Shown one piece after another: positions 10,473 to 18,953 of a stretch of DNA of 38,309 bases. The DNA lies in the IMG/VR virus record IMGVR_UViG_3300028024_000001, positions 1 through 38,309 of that record; one strand, written 5' to 3'. Under the pieces are notes generated by a model. It was not told the DNA's origin and made no database searches. It saw only the letters and a list, made by a program, of their open reading frames with translations. The position numbers were made by a program, and so were the translations under genes. How positions within the stretch are numbered: the first letter of the stretch is position 1; each line of letters begins with the position of its first letter. This DNA comes from a virus.

Positions 10473-10509
10473 CGCCGCCCGGCGGCGCGCCACATAAAGA
10501 GGCCGCCGC

Positions 10510-12459
10510 GTGACAGTCCCAATTCAAACCCCGATCATCGCGTACGTCGGCAATGGCATCACCACCGTATTTGCGTTTCCCTTTGCGATTCTCCAGAGCG
10601 ATGACCTGAAGGTTCTACTGGACAGCGCACCCCAGTCTGTCGGTATTCAGTATTCGATCAACGGAATCGGCAACCCCAACGGCGGCTCGGTCGTTTTCAA
10701 TTCGCCACCGGCGGTGGGCGCGAAGCTGATCCAGTACCGCGATGTCGCAATCGAGCGCGACACCGACTATCAGGACAACGGCGATCTTCTTGCCACCACG
10801 GTGAACGCCGACTTCGACCGGCTGTGGATGGCGCTGCAGGACAAGGCCGCCGCCGGTGGCCGCGCGATCCAGTACCCCATCACTGAATTCGCCACGGACG
10901 GCACCTTGCCGGAAGCGGCGGCGCGCGAGTCGACGATTCTAGGCTTCGACGCGAACGGGGTGCAGACGCTGATCCCGATACCCGCGAGCGTCGGCGCTGG
11001 CGATCTCAGGAATGAGGCATGGACGGCGGGCACTGATTACACCGCCGGCACGTCAAACTCCGTCACGCTGTCGCGTGCATACACGAGCAAGGCGAATCTC
11101 GGCACGGTTGTGATGGCCGGTGTGCCGCAGGACCCGGCGACATACGATCTTGCGCCCGGCGGTATGTCGCTGCTATTCAATGCCATCATCCCTGCCTACG
11201 TCAACCGGATCTGGTGCTATGGCGGAACGACGGCATCGCTCAACACTCCGGCTACGGCCAGTGTCACCGACGCTTCCATTGCACCGGGTACAGCCCTTTA
11301 CGACCGTGTTTTCAACGTTGTAAGCGTCGAAGACCCGCAGTTCGGTGCGTCGCCGGCGGCGGCAGATAACTGGGCCGCAATCCAGGCCGCAGTTACCTAC
11401 TGCCTCGCCCACGGCAAGGCTTTGCGCGTGCCGGGCAAGTACTCGTGCAGCAAGCAGATAACCGGCACGGGTAGCTTGATGGTCTACGGCTACGGCATGG
11501 ATCTGTCAGAGATCAGCTGGCCGGCTACTGCAACGTCCGTTGGTTTGTCGGTAACCCTTTCGCTGAAAGCTTCGTCACTCAGCAGCACCGCTGGCGTGGA
11601 GGATGTCAGTTTTGTCACGGCGGGAGCCGCGGTGGCTGGCTCAACTGCTCTCGCGTTCAAAGGCGCTCTCAATACCTCGGCCGATCGCGTTACGCCACGC
11701 GTAACCGTGAATCGCGTAGCGGTGCGCGGCGCTACGAATCAGGTGAATGACGGGTTCGACGTCGGGCTTTCTTTCGACAACTGCACCGGCGTAGTAGTGG
11801 ATCAATTCAATTGCTGGGGGAAAGTCGGGGCCGGTGGGCAGCCGAACTACGACAGTACCTACGGCATCATCTATACGAACAACTCCGGCGGCACACCTCA
11901 CCCCACCGAGTTCTCATTCCAGCATTGCCGCGTTTATGGCGTGAAGAACGCAATTTATACGCGAGACTTCGAGGGCGGATTTGTCAGCAAGTGCCAACTC
12001 GTCGGCGTCAATACAGGGATTACGTTCTCCACGCCTGGGCCAGGCTACCCGCACGCCATTGCGTGCAACAACCACATCAATGCAAGTGATCTTTGCATCG
12101 CAGTGCCGGGCATGTACGAAGTGCAGATTCACGACAACCTGCTCTACAAGCTGGAAGGGCCAAGCATTGGCACAGGAGTATCGCTGAGCGGCGGCGCGCA
12201 GTTCTGCAACGTGCACGACAACACTTTCGAATGCTACTCACAAAGCCAGGCGATGAACGCGATCGTCGTGTCGGACGCATCGAATAACCTGATTCATTCG
12301 AATATCTTCAGGCGTACAAACAGCATCGACGGCACTGCTCATGGCGTTGGTGTGTGGCTGACTGCCGCTTCGTCAGGCAACAAGCTGGTCGATAGCGGAC
12401 AGATATACGCACTGACGAACACGCCTTATCTGAACCAGGGCAGTAATACAGTCATATAA
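10510..12459 (+). CDS. Tail fiber/tailspike with right-handed beta-helix (pectate-lyase-like) domain (649 aa, GTG start)
   Basis: The N-terminal adaptor region is followed by QFGASPAAADNWAAIQAAVTYCLAHGKALRVPG, the typical start of a pectate_lyase_3-like beta-helix. Repetitive N/G/V-rich coils follow. Confidence 0.7.
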   Translation: MTVPIQTPIIAYVGNGITTVFAFPFAILQSDDLKVLLDSAPQSVGIQYSINGIGNPNGGSVVFNSPPAVGAKLIQYRDVAIERDTDYQDNGDLLATTVNADFDRLWMALQDKAAAGGRAIQYPITEFATDGTLPEAAARESTILGFDANGVQTLIPIPASVGAGDLRNEAWTAGTDYTAGTSNSVTLSRAYTSKANLGTVVMAGVPQDPATYDLAPGGMSLLFNAIIPAYVNRIWCYGGTTASLNTPATASVTDASIAPGTALYDRVFNVVSVEDPQFGASPAAADNWAAIQAAVTYCLAHGKALRVPGKYSCSKQITGTGSLMVYGYGMDLSEISWPATATSVGLSVTLSLKASSLSSTAGVEDVSFVTAGAAVAGSTALAFKGALNTSADRVTPRVTVNRVAVRGATNQVNDGFDVGLSFDNCTGVVVDQFNCWGKVGAGGQPNYDSTYGIIYTNNSGGTPHPTEFSFQHCRVYGVKNAIYTRDFEGGFVSKCQLVGVNTGITFSTPGPGYPHAIACNNHINASDLCIAVPGMYEVQIHDNLLYKLEGPSIGTGVSLSGGAQFCNVHDNTFECYSQSQAMNAIVVSDASNNLIHSNIFRRTNSIDGTAHGVGVWLTAASSGNKLVDSGQIYALTNTPYLNQGSNTVI

Positions 12460-12473
12460 GGACCGGGGGAAGC

Positions 12474-12758
12474 ATGCAGGATTGGGAAAAATCTCTCTGG
12501 GGGTTGGCGATCATGGGCGCTCTTATAGGCGTGGCGAAGCTACTGGTCAGCAGCGAAGAACTCACGTTCCGCGTGATCGTGGGCCGTGCGATTCTAGGCT
12601 CAGCGACATCGATGCTCGCAGGCGCGGTCCTGCTTCAGATCCCGAACATTCCACCGCTTGCGTTGTTGGCGATCGGCAGCGGCTGCGGCATCGTCGGTCA
12701 GCAATACCTCGAGCGGCTGCTGCGCAAACGCGCTGCGGCGTTGCTTGACAGGGATTGA
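12474..12758 (+). CDS. Holin (94 aa, multiple TM segments, charged C-terminus)
   Basis: Hydrophobic segments GLAIMGALIGVAKLLV, AILGSATSMLAGAVLL and LALLAIGSGCGIV, with a basic tail RKRAAALLDRD. Lies directly upstream of the endolysin. Confidence 0.7.
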   Translation: MQDWEKSLWGLAIMGALIGVAKLLVSSEELTFRVIVGRAILGSATSMLAGAVLLQIPNIPPLALLAIGSGCGIVGQQYLERLLRKRAAALLDRD

Positions 12759-12760
12759 TC

Positions 12761-13243
12761 ATGAGCAGCTTTGACGTCGCTTTCGCTCTACTCATCGGCA
12801 ATGAGGGTGGCTATTCGAACAACCCGGCCGATCCGGGCGGCGAAACGATGTGGGGCGTTACAGCGCGAGTTGCGCGCGTATGGGGGTACGCCGGCGCGAT
12901 GAAGGATTTGCCGCTCGACACAGCAAAGCAGATCGCGAAGAAGAACTACTGGGACCCGTACCAGTGCGACCAGTTCGACGTGCGCATTGGGTTTCAGGTG
13001 CTCGACGCGGCATATAACGGCGGCCACCCTGCGCAGTGGCTTCAGCAAGCCGCCGGCGCGACTGCCGACGGCGTGATTGGCGCCATTACGATCGCCGCAG
13101 TGCGCAACTCGGATCCGCTGAAAATCGTCATGCGGTTCGCGGCATATCGGCTGACTTACCTCACGACGCTGTCGACGTGGCCATCGTTCGGGCGCGGCTG
13201 GTCGAAGCGCATCGCGAACAACCTTGTGCGAGGTGCGTCATGA
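12761..13243 (+). CDS. Endolysin, glycoside hydrolase family 108 plus PG_binding_3 (160 aa)
   Basis: GH108 motif GNEGGYSNNPADPGGETMWGVT. The C-terminal DGVIGAITIAAV is like a peptidoglycan-binding domain. Confidence 0.85.
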   Translation: MSSFDVAFALLIGNEGGYSNNPADPGGETMWGVTARVARVWGYAGAMKDLPLDTAKQIAKKNYWDPYQCDQFDVRIGFQVLDAAYNGGHPAQWLQQAAGATADGVIGAITIAAVRNSDPLKIVMRFAAYRLTYLTTLSTWPSFGRGWSKRIANNLVRGAS

Positions 13244-13806
13244 GCGGATGGAGTGATGCAATCAATGTGGTGGCGAAGCTGGCCCCGACGATCGCCAGCG
13301 TGATCGGTGGCCCGCTTGCCGGCGGCGCGGTCACGGCGCTCGAGTCAGTGTTTGGTATCAACTCTCCGCCTGACGCCTCGATCGATGACCGGCAGGCCGC
13401 CGTAGCCGCGGCAATCAGCGGCGCGACGCCAGAGCAACTGGCGGCGATGCGCAAGGCCGACCAGGACTACGCCGCGCGCATGGCCGAGGCCGGATTCAAG
13501 AACGTCGAGACGCTCGCCGCGCTGTCGGTTCAAGATCGCGCCAGCGCGCGCGCCATGCAGATCAGCACCAAAAGCCTGACGGCGCCGTTTCTCGCCATGT
13601 TCGTGACGCTCGGCTTCTTCGGCGTGCTGGCGGTGATGATGTTCTATACCCTGCCGGCCGCGACACACGACGCACTGATGCTCATGCTCGGTTCGCTCGG
13701 CACCGCTTGGACTGGCGTCATTGCCTACTACTTCGGCAGTTCGGCCGGCAGTGATCGAAAGACCGAGTTGCTTGCACAATCCACTCCCACAGGAACAGGA
13801 CAATGA
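13240..13806 (+). CDS. 3TM holin-like membrane protein (GTA_holin_3TM / PF11351-like, 188 aa)
   Basis: ATGA overlap with the endolysin stop. A soluble N-terminal half is followed by TM segments FLAMFVTLGFFGVLAVMMF and LMLMLGSLGTAWTGVIAYYFG. Confidence 0.55.
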   Translation: MSGWSDAINVVAKLAPTIASVIGGPLAGGAVTALESVFGINSPPDASIDDRQAAVAAAISGATPEQLAAMRKADQDYAARMAEAGFKNVETLAALSVQDRASARAMQISTKSLTAPFLAMFVTLGFFGVLAVMMFYTLPAATHDALMLMLGSLGTAWTGVIAYYFGSSAGSDRKTELLAQSTPTGTGQ

Positions 13807-14996
13807 AACGCATCATCACAGGCGCGATCGCGGCGCTGCTGTCGCTTTCGGCGCTCGCCGCGACGACGATCCCGGTTCAGTCGTTGACGCCGACAGGATC
13901 GACAGCAGGCCAGGCGATCGTCTCGACTGGCCCGACCGGCTTACCCGCATGGGGTAGCGTCACCGCAACGGCGCTGGCGGCACAGGCAGCGAATACGGTT
14001 GTCGCGAATATCACGGCATCGAGCGCATCGCCGACTGCGGTTGCGATTCCGACTTGCAACACGTCGACGAGCGCGCTCCAGTACACACCGGTTACCGGCT
14101 GGACCTGCTACGCCAACTCGGCCACTACGACCGGCACGCTTGCGCAGTTCGCCACAGGCGGTGCGATCAACCCTGTATCGACTGGCGCAACGACTCCCGG
14201 CACGGGCTCTTTCACCACGCTGGTAGCAAGTGGCGGCATCAGCGGCACCGGGTTCAATAATCTGTTTGCCTCACCGCCTAATATCGGTCTGGTTGCGCCG
14301 GCCGCAGGCAAATTCACCACGCTTCAGGCGACGAGTACGCTAACCGGATTTACCGGCCGGCTGCTCAACATTCAGGTCTTCTCGTCGACCGGCACTTATA
14401 CGCCGACGACCGGGACCGCTGCGGTATATGTGAAGGTGCAGGCGGGCGGTGGCGCGGGCGGCGGAACGCCGACAACTAGCACCGGCCAAGCCGCTGCGGG
14501 AAGCGGTGGAACCGCCGGGGCATATGGGGAGGGTTACTACACAAGCGGCTTCTCTGGGGTCACGGTGACGGTCGGCGGCGGGGGATCTGGCGTATCCGGC
14601 TCAGCGGGCGGCGCGGGATCAGCATCGAGCTTCGGCGCACTTCTGTCGTGCCCCGGTGGCGCGGGCGGCGCGCCTGGAACTGCGAACGCCGGCCCGTGGG
14701 TGACTGCTGCGTCGGGAAATACCTCTGCGTGTACTGGAACTGCGTTGTTCAACCAGCTCGGCGTGCAAGGCGGTCAGTCAATTGTAGTATCAGCGACGGC
14801 ATCAAATGCAGGCAGTGGCGCCGGCACGGCGTTCGGGCCGGGTCCTGCTGGCGCTTGGTCGGCTCCGGCTCCTGGTGCTGCTGCTCAGTCATATGGCGCA
14901 GCGGGCGCTGGCGCAAATGCCCCGGCATCAAACGCAGCTCAGGCTGGGGGATCTGGTAAGCAGGGTATCGTCGAAGTATTCGAGTTCAGTCAGTAA
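13803..14996 (+). CDS. Secreted glycine-rich-domain protein (397 aa) with Sec-type signal peptide
   Basis: N-terminus MKRIITGAIAALLSLSALA-ATT. Strong RBS (AGGAACAGGA). The C-terminal half is Gly/Ala/Ser/Thr-rich with GGGAGGG and VTVGGGGSG blocks, as in phage glycine-rich fiber domains. Confidence 0.7.
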   Translation: MKRIITGAIAALLSLSALAATTIPVQSLTPTGSTAGQAIVSTGPTGLPAWGSVTATALAAQAANTVVANITASSASPTAVAIPTCNTSTSALQYTPVTGWTCYANSATTTGTLAQFATGGAINPVSTGATTPGTGSFTTLVASGGISGTGFNNLFASPPNIGLVAPAAGKFTTLQATSTLTGFTGRLLNIQVFSSTGTYTPTTGTAAVYVKVQAGGGAGGGTPTTSTGQAAAGSGGTAGAYGEGYYTSGFSGVTVTVGGGGSGVSGSAGGAGSASSFGALLSCPGGAGGAPGTANAGPWVTAASGNTSACTGTALFNQLGVQGGQSIVVSATASNAGSGAGTAFGPGPAGAWSAPAPGAAAQSYGAAGAGANAPASNAAQAGGSGKQGIVEVFEFSQ

Positions 14997-15253
14997 GAGT
15001 CCTGCCCCGCGGTCGGGATCTCGCCGACTTCGATGCCGTGCTGCATGAACTTGCGCGTCACGATGGGCGCGCCTGGCGCCGCAGGGTTCGTGCTCCGCTC
15101 GCGAGTGACGCGCAGCACATTCCACACAGCGCCTTGGGCCGTCTCGCCGTATTGAACGACGTTGCCACAACTAGCCATGTAGGCCAGATCTCCAAGGCAA
15201 CGGATGGTGACGGATTGTCCCAACTCCTTCAGCATGCTTTCAAGCGATTCCAT
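14990..15253 (-). CDS. Hypothetical protein (87 aa), convergent with the glycine-rich gene
   Basis: AAGGAG RBS 6 nt upstream of the ATG. Overlaps the end of the convergent gene by 7 nt. No recognisable family. Confidence 0.5.
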   Translation of the reverse strand: MESLESMLKELGQSVTIRCLGDLAYMASCGNVVQYGETAQGAVWNVLRVTRERSTNPAAPGAPIVTRKFMQHGIEVGEIPTAGQDSY

Positions 15254-15495
15254 CGCTATCTCCTTTTTCGGTTACCGGCACGATACCTTGGGTGCTGCTT
15301 GGCTGCCAGTTCGCGTGTGCCCAAAGTGCGTCCACATCTATACAATACGGTTCTGAAAAGGTCAAAAAGTCTACAAACTGGCAAAGTCTCAAGGCTGACC
15401 GGCGCGAGACTTTTGTGTTTAAAATCAGTTGCTTGCTGCTCTAACTCCAATCCTTTCTTGTCGTGTCCCTGGTGAAACAAGGCTTTCTCAGAGCC
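15254..15495. other. Putative attP-containing non-coding region next to the integrase gene
   Basis: A 242-bp AT-richer gap between the int stop and the next gene. The core sequence could not be identified without the bacterial attB. Confidence 0.35.
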
Positions 15496-16554
15496 TTATG
15501 CAGCAAGGGTTTGCACGTTTTCCGCTTCCGGTTGTGCCCAGATTGTGACCATGTTGGCGTGTTCTGCCAGATGGTCCGGTGCAAGATGGGCATACCGGAG
15601 AACGTGCTCATACTTCGCCCATCCCCCAAGTTCCATCAGACGGTTCAGCGGCGTGCCCGCCTGCACATGCCAGCTTGCCCATGTGTGGCGCACGTCATGA
15701 AACCGGAAATTCTCGATCCCGGCGCGGGCGCACTGCCGGTCCCACTGCGCACTGTTCCAGCCGTCGGCCGGTATCGGCTTGCCGTTCCTGACGAACACGA
15801 ATTGCTCGTGCCTGCCGAGCCACCGCCGGATAGTCTCGACCGCATCCTCGTTCAGCGGCACGCCGATCGGTTTGCGCGCCTTGGCCTGATCCGGGTGAAT
15901 CCATGCCCGGCGGTTCACCAGATCGATCTGCGACCATTCAAGCTCAAGCAGGTTGGCGCGGCGCAGCCCAGTAGCGAACCCGAGAATTGCCACATCCCGC
16001 ATCCATTGCGACCTGATCGCCGAAATCAGCCGCTGCGCTTCCGGCTTCGTGATCCAGCGAATGCGCCGGTTCGCCACCTTCAGGTCTTCCAGCTTCGGAG
16101 CCCGGTCGATCCATTCCCACTTGTCGGCGGCCAGCTTCAGCATGATCCGCATCGTGGCGAGGTACTTGTTTTTCGTCGCGCGCGAAACGAGCTTCTCTTC
16201 AGTCTTGCACCGCTGGTCCAACTCGGGCAACGCTTTGACTATCTCGTCGGCCGTGAGCGAACCTATCTGGCGACCGCCGAAAACCTTCGTGAAATGCCGG
16301 ATGTGAATCACGCGATTGCCGTAGTCCGCGAGGTGTTCGCATTCCGCTAACATTCGCTCTGCCGCTTCTTCCCATCTGTATGCGGGCCGCTCGCCCATCC
16401 GCGCGACTCGCCACAGTTCATGCTTTACCTTATCGTGATACTCCTGAGCTTCCTTTCGGTCGGTCGTGCCAGTCGTTTCTCTAATGCGGCCGCCGCCTGG
16501 CTTACGGATGTCGAGGTGCCAGACGTCCGAGCCTTTGCGCTTTCGGATTGACAT
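15496..16554 (-). CDS. int: Tyrosine integrase (352 aa)
   Basis: Catalytic signature ATGLRRANLLELEW ... HDVRHTWASWHVQAG ... LGGWAKYEHVLRYAHL (R, HxxR, Y). I chose the start MSIRKRKG because it has a GGAG RBS. The listed ORF extends 28 codons further upstream. Confidence 0.9.
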   Translation of the reverse strand: MSIRKRKGSDVWHLDIRKPGGGRIRETTGTTDRKEAQEYHDKVKHELWRVARMGERPAYRWEEAAERMLAECEHLADYGNRVIHIRHFTKVFGGRQIGSLTADEIVKALPELDQRCKTEEKLVSRATKNKYLATMRIMLKLAADKWEWIDRAPKLEDLKVANRRIRWITKPEAQRLISAIRSQWMRDVAILGFATGLRRANLLELEWSQIDLVNRRAWIHPDQAKARKPIGVPLNEDAVETIRRWLGRHEQFVFVRNGKPIPADGWNSAQWDRQCARAGIENFRFHDVRHTWASWHVQAGTPLNRLMELGGWAKYEHVLRYAHLAPDHLAEHANMVTIWAQPEAENVQTLAA

Positions 16555-16748
16555 TTTTTGCTCCTTGGTTCCGTCTGCGCCGGTCGGTTCGGATTGTACG
16601 CCGTCGCCAGTTTCAGCTTGTCGGGCCAGATGCGCCACTGGTTGCCGATCTGGAAGAAGCCCATTTCTTCCTTATGGGCGTACACAGTGGAGTAAGAGAC
16701 GCCGAGCAGGGCGGCTGCTTCCTTCAGGGTGAGGGCTGGCTCCATCAT
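16425..16748 (-). CDS. xis: Excisionase / AlpA-type HTH DNA-binding protein (107 aa as an open frame)
   Basis: N-terminus LTLKEAAALLGVSYSTVYAHKEEMGFFQIGNQWRIWPDKL matches the excisionase-family HTH. The ORF runs 130 nt into int in another frame. Confidence 0.65.
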   Translation of the reverse strand: MMEPALTLKEAAALLGVSYSTVYAHKEEMGFFQIGNQWRIWPDKLKLATAYNPNRPAQTEPRSKKCQSESAKARTSGTSTSVSQAAAALEKRLARPTERKLRSITIR

Positions 16749-17131
16749 GCCCTCGCTTCACCAAAAAACGCCACGTCCTGCCAATGCCGGAACGCCGGCC
16801 GCGCCAGTTCCTCGGCTATCCGCCTTGAGTGCTCATCCTCGCTGCTTCCTGGGCGCACCCATTCGTCCCGCGATGGCTTCGGCGCATCCTCACCGCCACC
16901 GATGATCCATACGGCGATGAAGCGGTTATTGACCGGGCTCATCTTCCATTCGCTCACGTGTATCTTTCCATCCGCGCGGAGTTTTTTTGCGGCGACATAC
17001 ACCGGGGATTCGGTGAGGCCAAGATCGGCTGCTGCCTGCGAAATTGTGCGCGGCTTTTTATCCTTCAGTAGAGCGGCTAGCCGCGGCATCGTGCGCTGAT
17101 AGTTGTAGCGTGACATGTTCTGATTTTTCAT
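16745..17131 (-). CDS. Hypothetical protein, possible winged-HTH (128 aa)
   Basis: ATGA coupling to xis. HTH-like segment PRTISQAAADLGLTESPVYVAAKKL. Confidence 0.5.
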   Translation of the reverse strand: MKNQNMSRYNYQRTMPRLAALLKDKKPRTISQAAADLGLTESPVYVAAKKLRADGKIHVSEWKMSPVNNRFIAVWIIGGGEDAPKPSRDEWVRPGSSEDEHSRRIAEELARPAFRHWQDVAFFGEARA

Positions 17132-17134
17132 CCC

Positions 17135-17779
17135 TCACCCCGCCTGTTTTTGGTTAGCTTCTCGCGCATCGATTTTCCGAAACTCAATGACCCAGACCCA
17201 GGGGTTGGCGTCCCACGATTCGTTTCCGTTGATCGACGTCCAGAGTCGGATGAAACGATCGCGCGCATAACCCGGAATGCTCGTGTTTGTGCGGTCAACG
17301 CCTTCAGCAAGCGCATCTGCATCTGTGATGTCGTGCAACCGCTCGACCCGCACGCCAGTGACTTCGAGCGCGATGCGCGACGCTGCGCGAGGCATGTGAA
17401 TCGACGGCCGCCATTGCCGGCGAATGCCGTCAGCCGATCGCTCGAGGTCCGGGCCAAGCGGATCATCGAGATAGTCGGCGCGGTAGAAAACGATGCAGTC
17501 GTCTTCATACGGCCCGCACGGATGGTTGCTGTGCTGCCACGTCTCGCGCACGTACAGGCGATCGCCAGCCTCGCCATAGGGGCACGGTTGCGCCCAGTCC
17601 ATCAACGCTTCACCGTCGAAGCCGTAGAAGTGGGTCCGCGGATCGGGATGATGAAACGTGAAAACGTCTTTGGCTTCGGCCGGCGGCTGCGGCTTCACGA
17701 TGCGCCGAGTCTGCGTCTTGCTGCAGTCGAGCAGCGCGCGCACCATTGCGCCGCTGAAGAGGATCGGTCGTTCTTTCAC
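17135..17779 (-). CDS. ASCH/PUA-like domain protein (214 aa, GTG start)
   Basis: N-terminal PILFSGAMVRALLDCSKTQTRR motif typical of the prophage ASCH family. GGAGGTG RBS. GTGA overlap with the upstream gene. Confidence 0.6.
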   Translation of the reverse strand: MKERPILFSGAMVRALLDCSKTQTRRIVKPQPPAEAKDVFTFHHPDPRTHFYGFDGEALMDWAQPCPYGEAGDRLYVRETWQHSNHPCGPYEDDCIVFYRADYLDDPLGPDLERSADGIRRQWRPSIHMPRAASRIALEVTGVRVERLHDITDADALAEGVDRTNTSIPGYARDRFIRLWTSINGNESWDANPWVWVIEFRKIDAREANQKQAG

Positions 17780-18462
17780 GCTTCACCTCCGCTCAAAGGT
17801 TGCGCGGCGAGAAGGGCGCGGGCGATGCTTTGCGCGAATTGGAGCGCCCATTCAGGCGGCGAGACAGAGCGCGATCCGCAGTCGCGCCACGCCGCACCGA
17901 TCATTTCCTTCGTCAGCGCCACCTGTGCCTGCACTGGCTGCGTTGCCGTTGATTGCGTGGATGCGGCGCGGTCGAACAGTGCCCGCAACTCGTATGCGTC
18001 AGAGTACTTTTCACGGATTGTGGCCGCGCCTTCTTCGGTTATGTTGATCCACTCGGCACGGGAAACATTGCGGACGCGCGATTGCCATTGCGTAACCCGC
18101 TCGTCCTGCTCGGCAGATTGCGCGAATCCGTTCCACGGGCGTGGGCCGCTAAAACCCTCGGAGTCGGGGCCATCGGAAAAGTCCGGGCCTTGCTCAGCAG
18201 ATTGCGCGGGCTGTGGTTGCGACTCATAGGTGCGTTTCGCCCACTCGCTGAACTTCTCGCCCGGTAGGCGCTCAGGAATCACCGGCTCCGCTGCCACCTT
18301 TTCGGCGGTGAGAGCGGCGCGGCTTGCCTGCCATATCTCAAGATAGGTTAGTCGAGGCCACACGCCGCGTGTTTTAAACCATTGGTCAAACGCTTCCCGC
18401 TCCCCAATCGCCACATTGGCGGCGTCCTCACCGCACGGCGAAGTGTGATTTGTCGTGGTCAT
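17776..18462 (-). CDS. Hypothetical protein (228 aa from ATG 18462)
   Basis: Coupled on both sides. Internal duplicated QSAEQ motif. No family recognised. Confidence 0.5.
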   Translation of the reverse strand: MTTTNHTSPCGEDAANVAIGEREAFDQWFKTRGVWPRLTYLEIWQASRAALTAEKVAAEPVIPERLPGEKFSEWAKRTYESQPQPAQSAEQGPDFSDGPDSEGFSGPRPWNGFAQSAEQDERVTQWQSRVRNVSRAEWINITEEGAATIREKYSDAYELRALFDRAASTQSTATQPVQAQVALTKEMIGAAWRDCGSRSVSPPEWALQFAQSIARALLAAQPLSGGEA

Positions 18463-18464
18463 GG

Positions 18465-18953
18465 TCAATACTCCGTAGGTACATGCTTGCCATCGTTCGC
18501 GAACTCTTTATGAAGGCGGATCGATGCCTCGACATATGCCTTATGCGCGTCTTCTGGATTAGCAAACAATCCCAAGTGATAGACAACGTGGTTGGACGTT
18601 ATCCGTGCTCTCCATTTCTTCGAATCTATGGCCCAGTAGACGCCCTTAAATCCAGACCGGCTCGTGGCTTTGAGCCTTCGGTTGGTTGAGTTTTGAGAGA
18701 GATTGCATTCCCGGAGATTCGAACGCCTGTTATCCAGCTTGTTGCCGTTTATGTGATCAACAAGAATATTCCTGTCAGTGATTCCCAAGATAGTCCGGTG
18801 CATCAGAACAGTCTTCTGCTTATTTGCGCCTACCCTTACAAGTCGCGCCGCATAACCTCGGTTACTGAATTTCCATTTGTTCATTGCCAAGGCGTCGTAG
18901 TCGTCGTCATCTACGAGTGCTACCTTTCCTTGAGTGAGTTGGATCTCTTTCAT
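18465..18953 (-). CDS. HNH homing endonuclease with AP2 DNA-binding domain (162 aa)
   Basis: HNH core LMHRTILG...VDHINGNKLDNRRSNLREC, followed by an AP2-like SGFKGVYW...KWRARI...LGLFANPEDAHKAY. The gene is visibly AT-richer than its flanks. Confidence 0.85.
   Translation of the reverse strand: MKEIQLTQGKVALVDDDDYDALAMNKWKFSNRGYAARLVRVGANKQKTVLMHRTILGITDRNILVDHINGNKLDNRRSNLRECNLSQNSTNRRLKATSRSGFKGVYWAIDSKKWRARITSNHVVYHLGLFANPEDAHKAYVEASIRLHKEFANDGKHVPTEY

Noticed and set aside
10473-10509. GC-rich palindrome GCGCCGCCCGGCGGCGC after the large terminase, as a possible terminator.
   Set aside because: The loop is too short and there is no U-tract. It could at most be a weak attenuator, so I did not call it.
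10510-15000. Possibility of a diversity-generating retroelement next to the receptor-binding genes, as in BPP-1.
   Set aside because: I found no reverse transcriptase ORF and no template/variable repeat pair anywhere in the window.
15256-15480. 74-aa minus-strand ORF filling the int-proximal gap.
   Set aside because: It has a highly basic, non-protein-like composition, no RBS, and would leave no room for attP. I treated it as non-coding.
15254-15495. Search for a tRNA 3'-end fragment as the attP core.
   Set aside because: I saw no convincing T-arm/acceptor sequence (GGTTCGAATCC-like followed by CCA) on either strand, so the integration target remains unknown.
15463-16350. 295-aa plus-strand ORF antisense to the integrase, and 17150-18229 (359 aa) antisense to the early-left genes.
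   Set aside because: Same antisense high-GC artefact. The integrase and ASCH frames carry the recognisable motifs.
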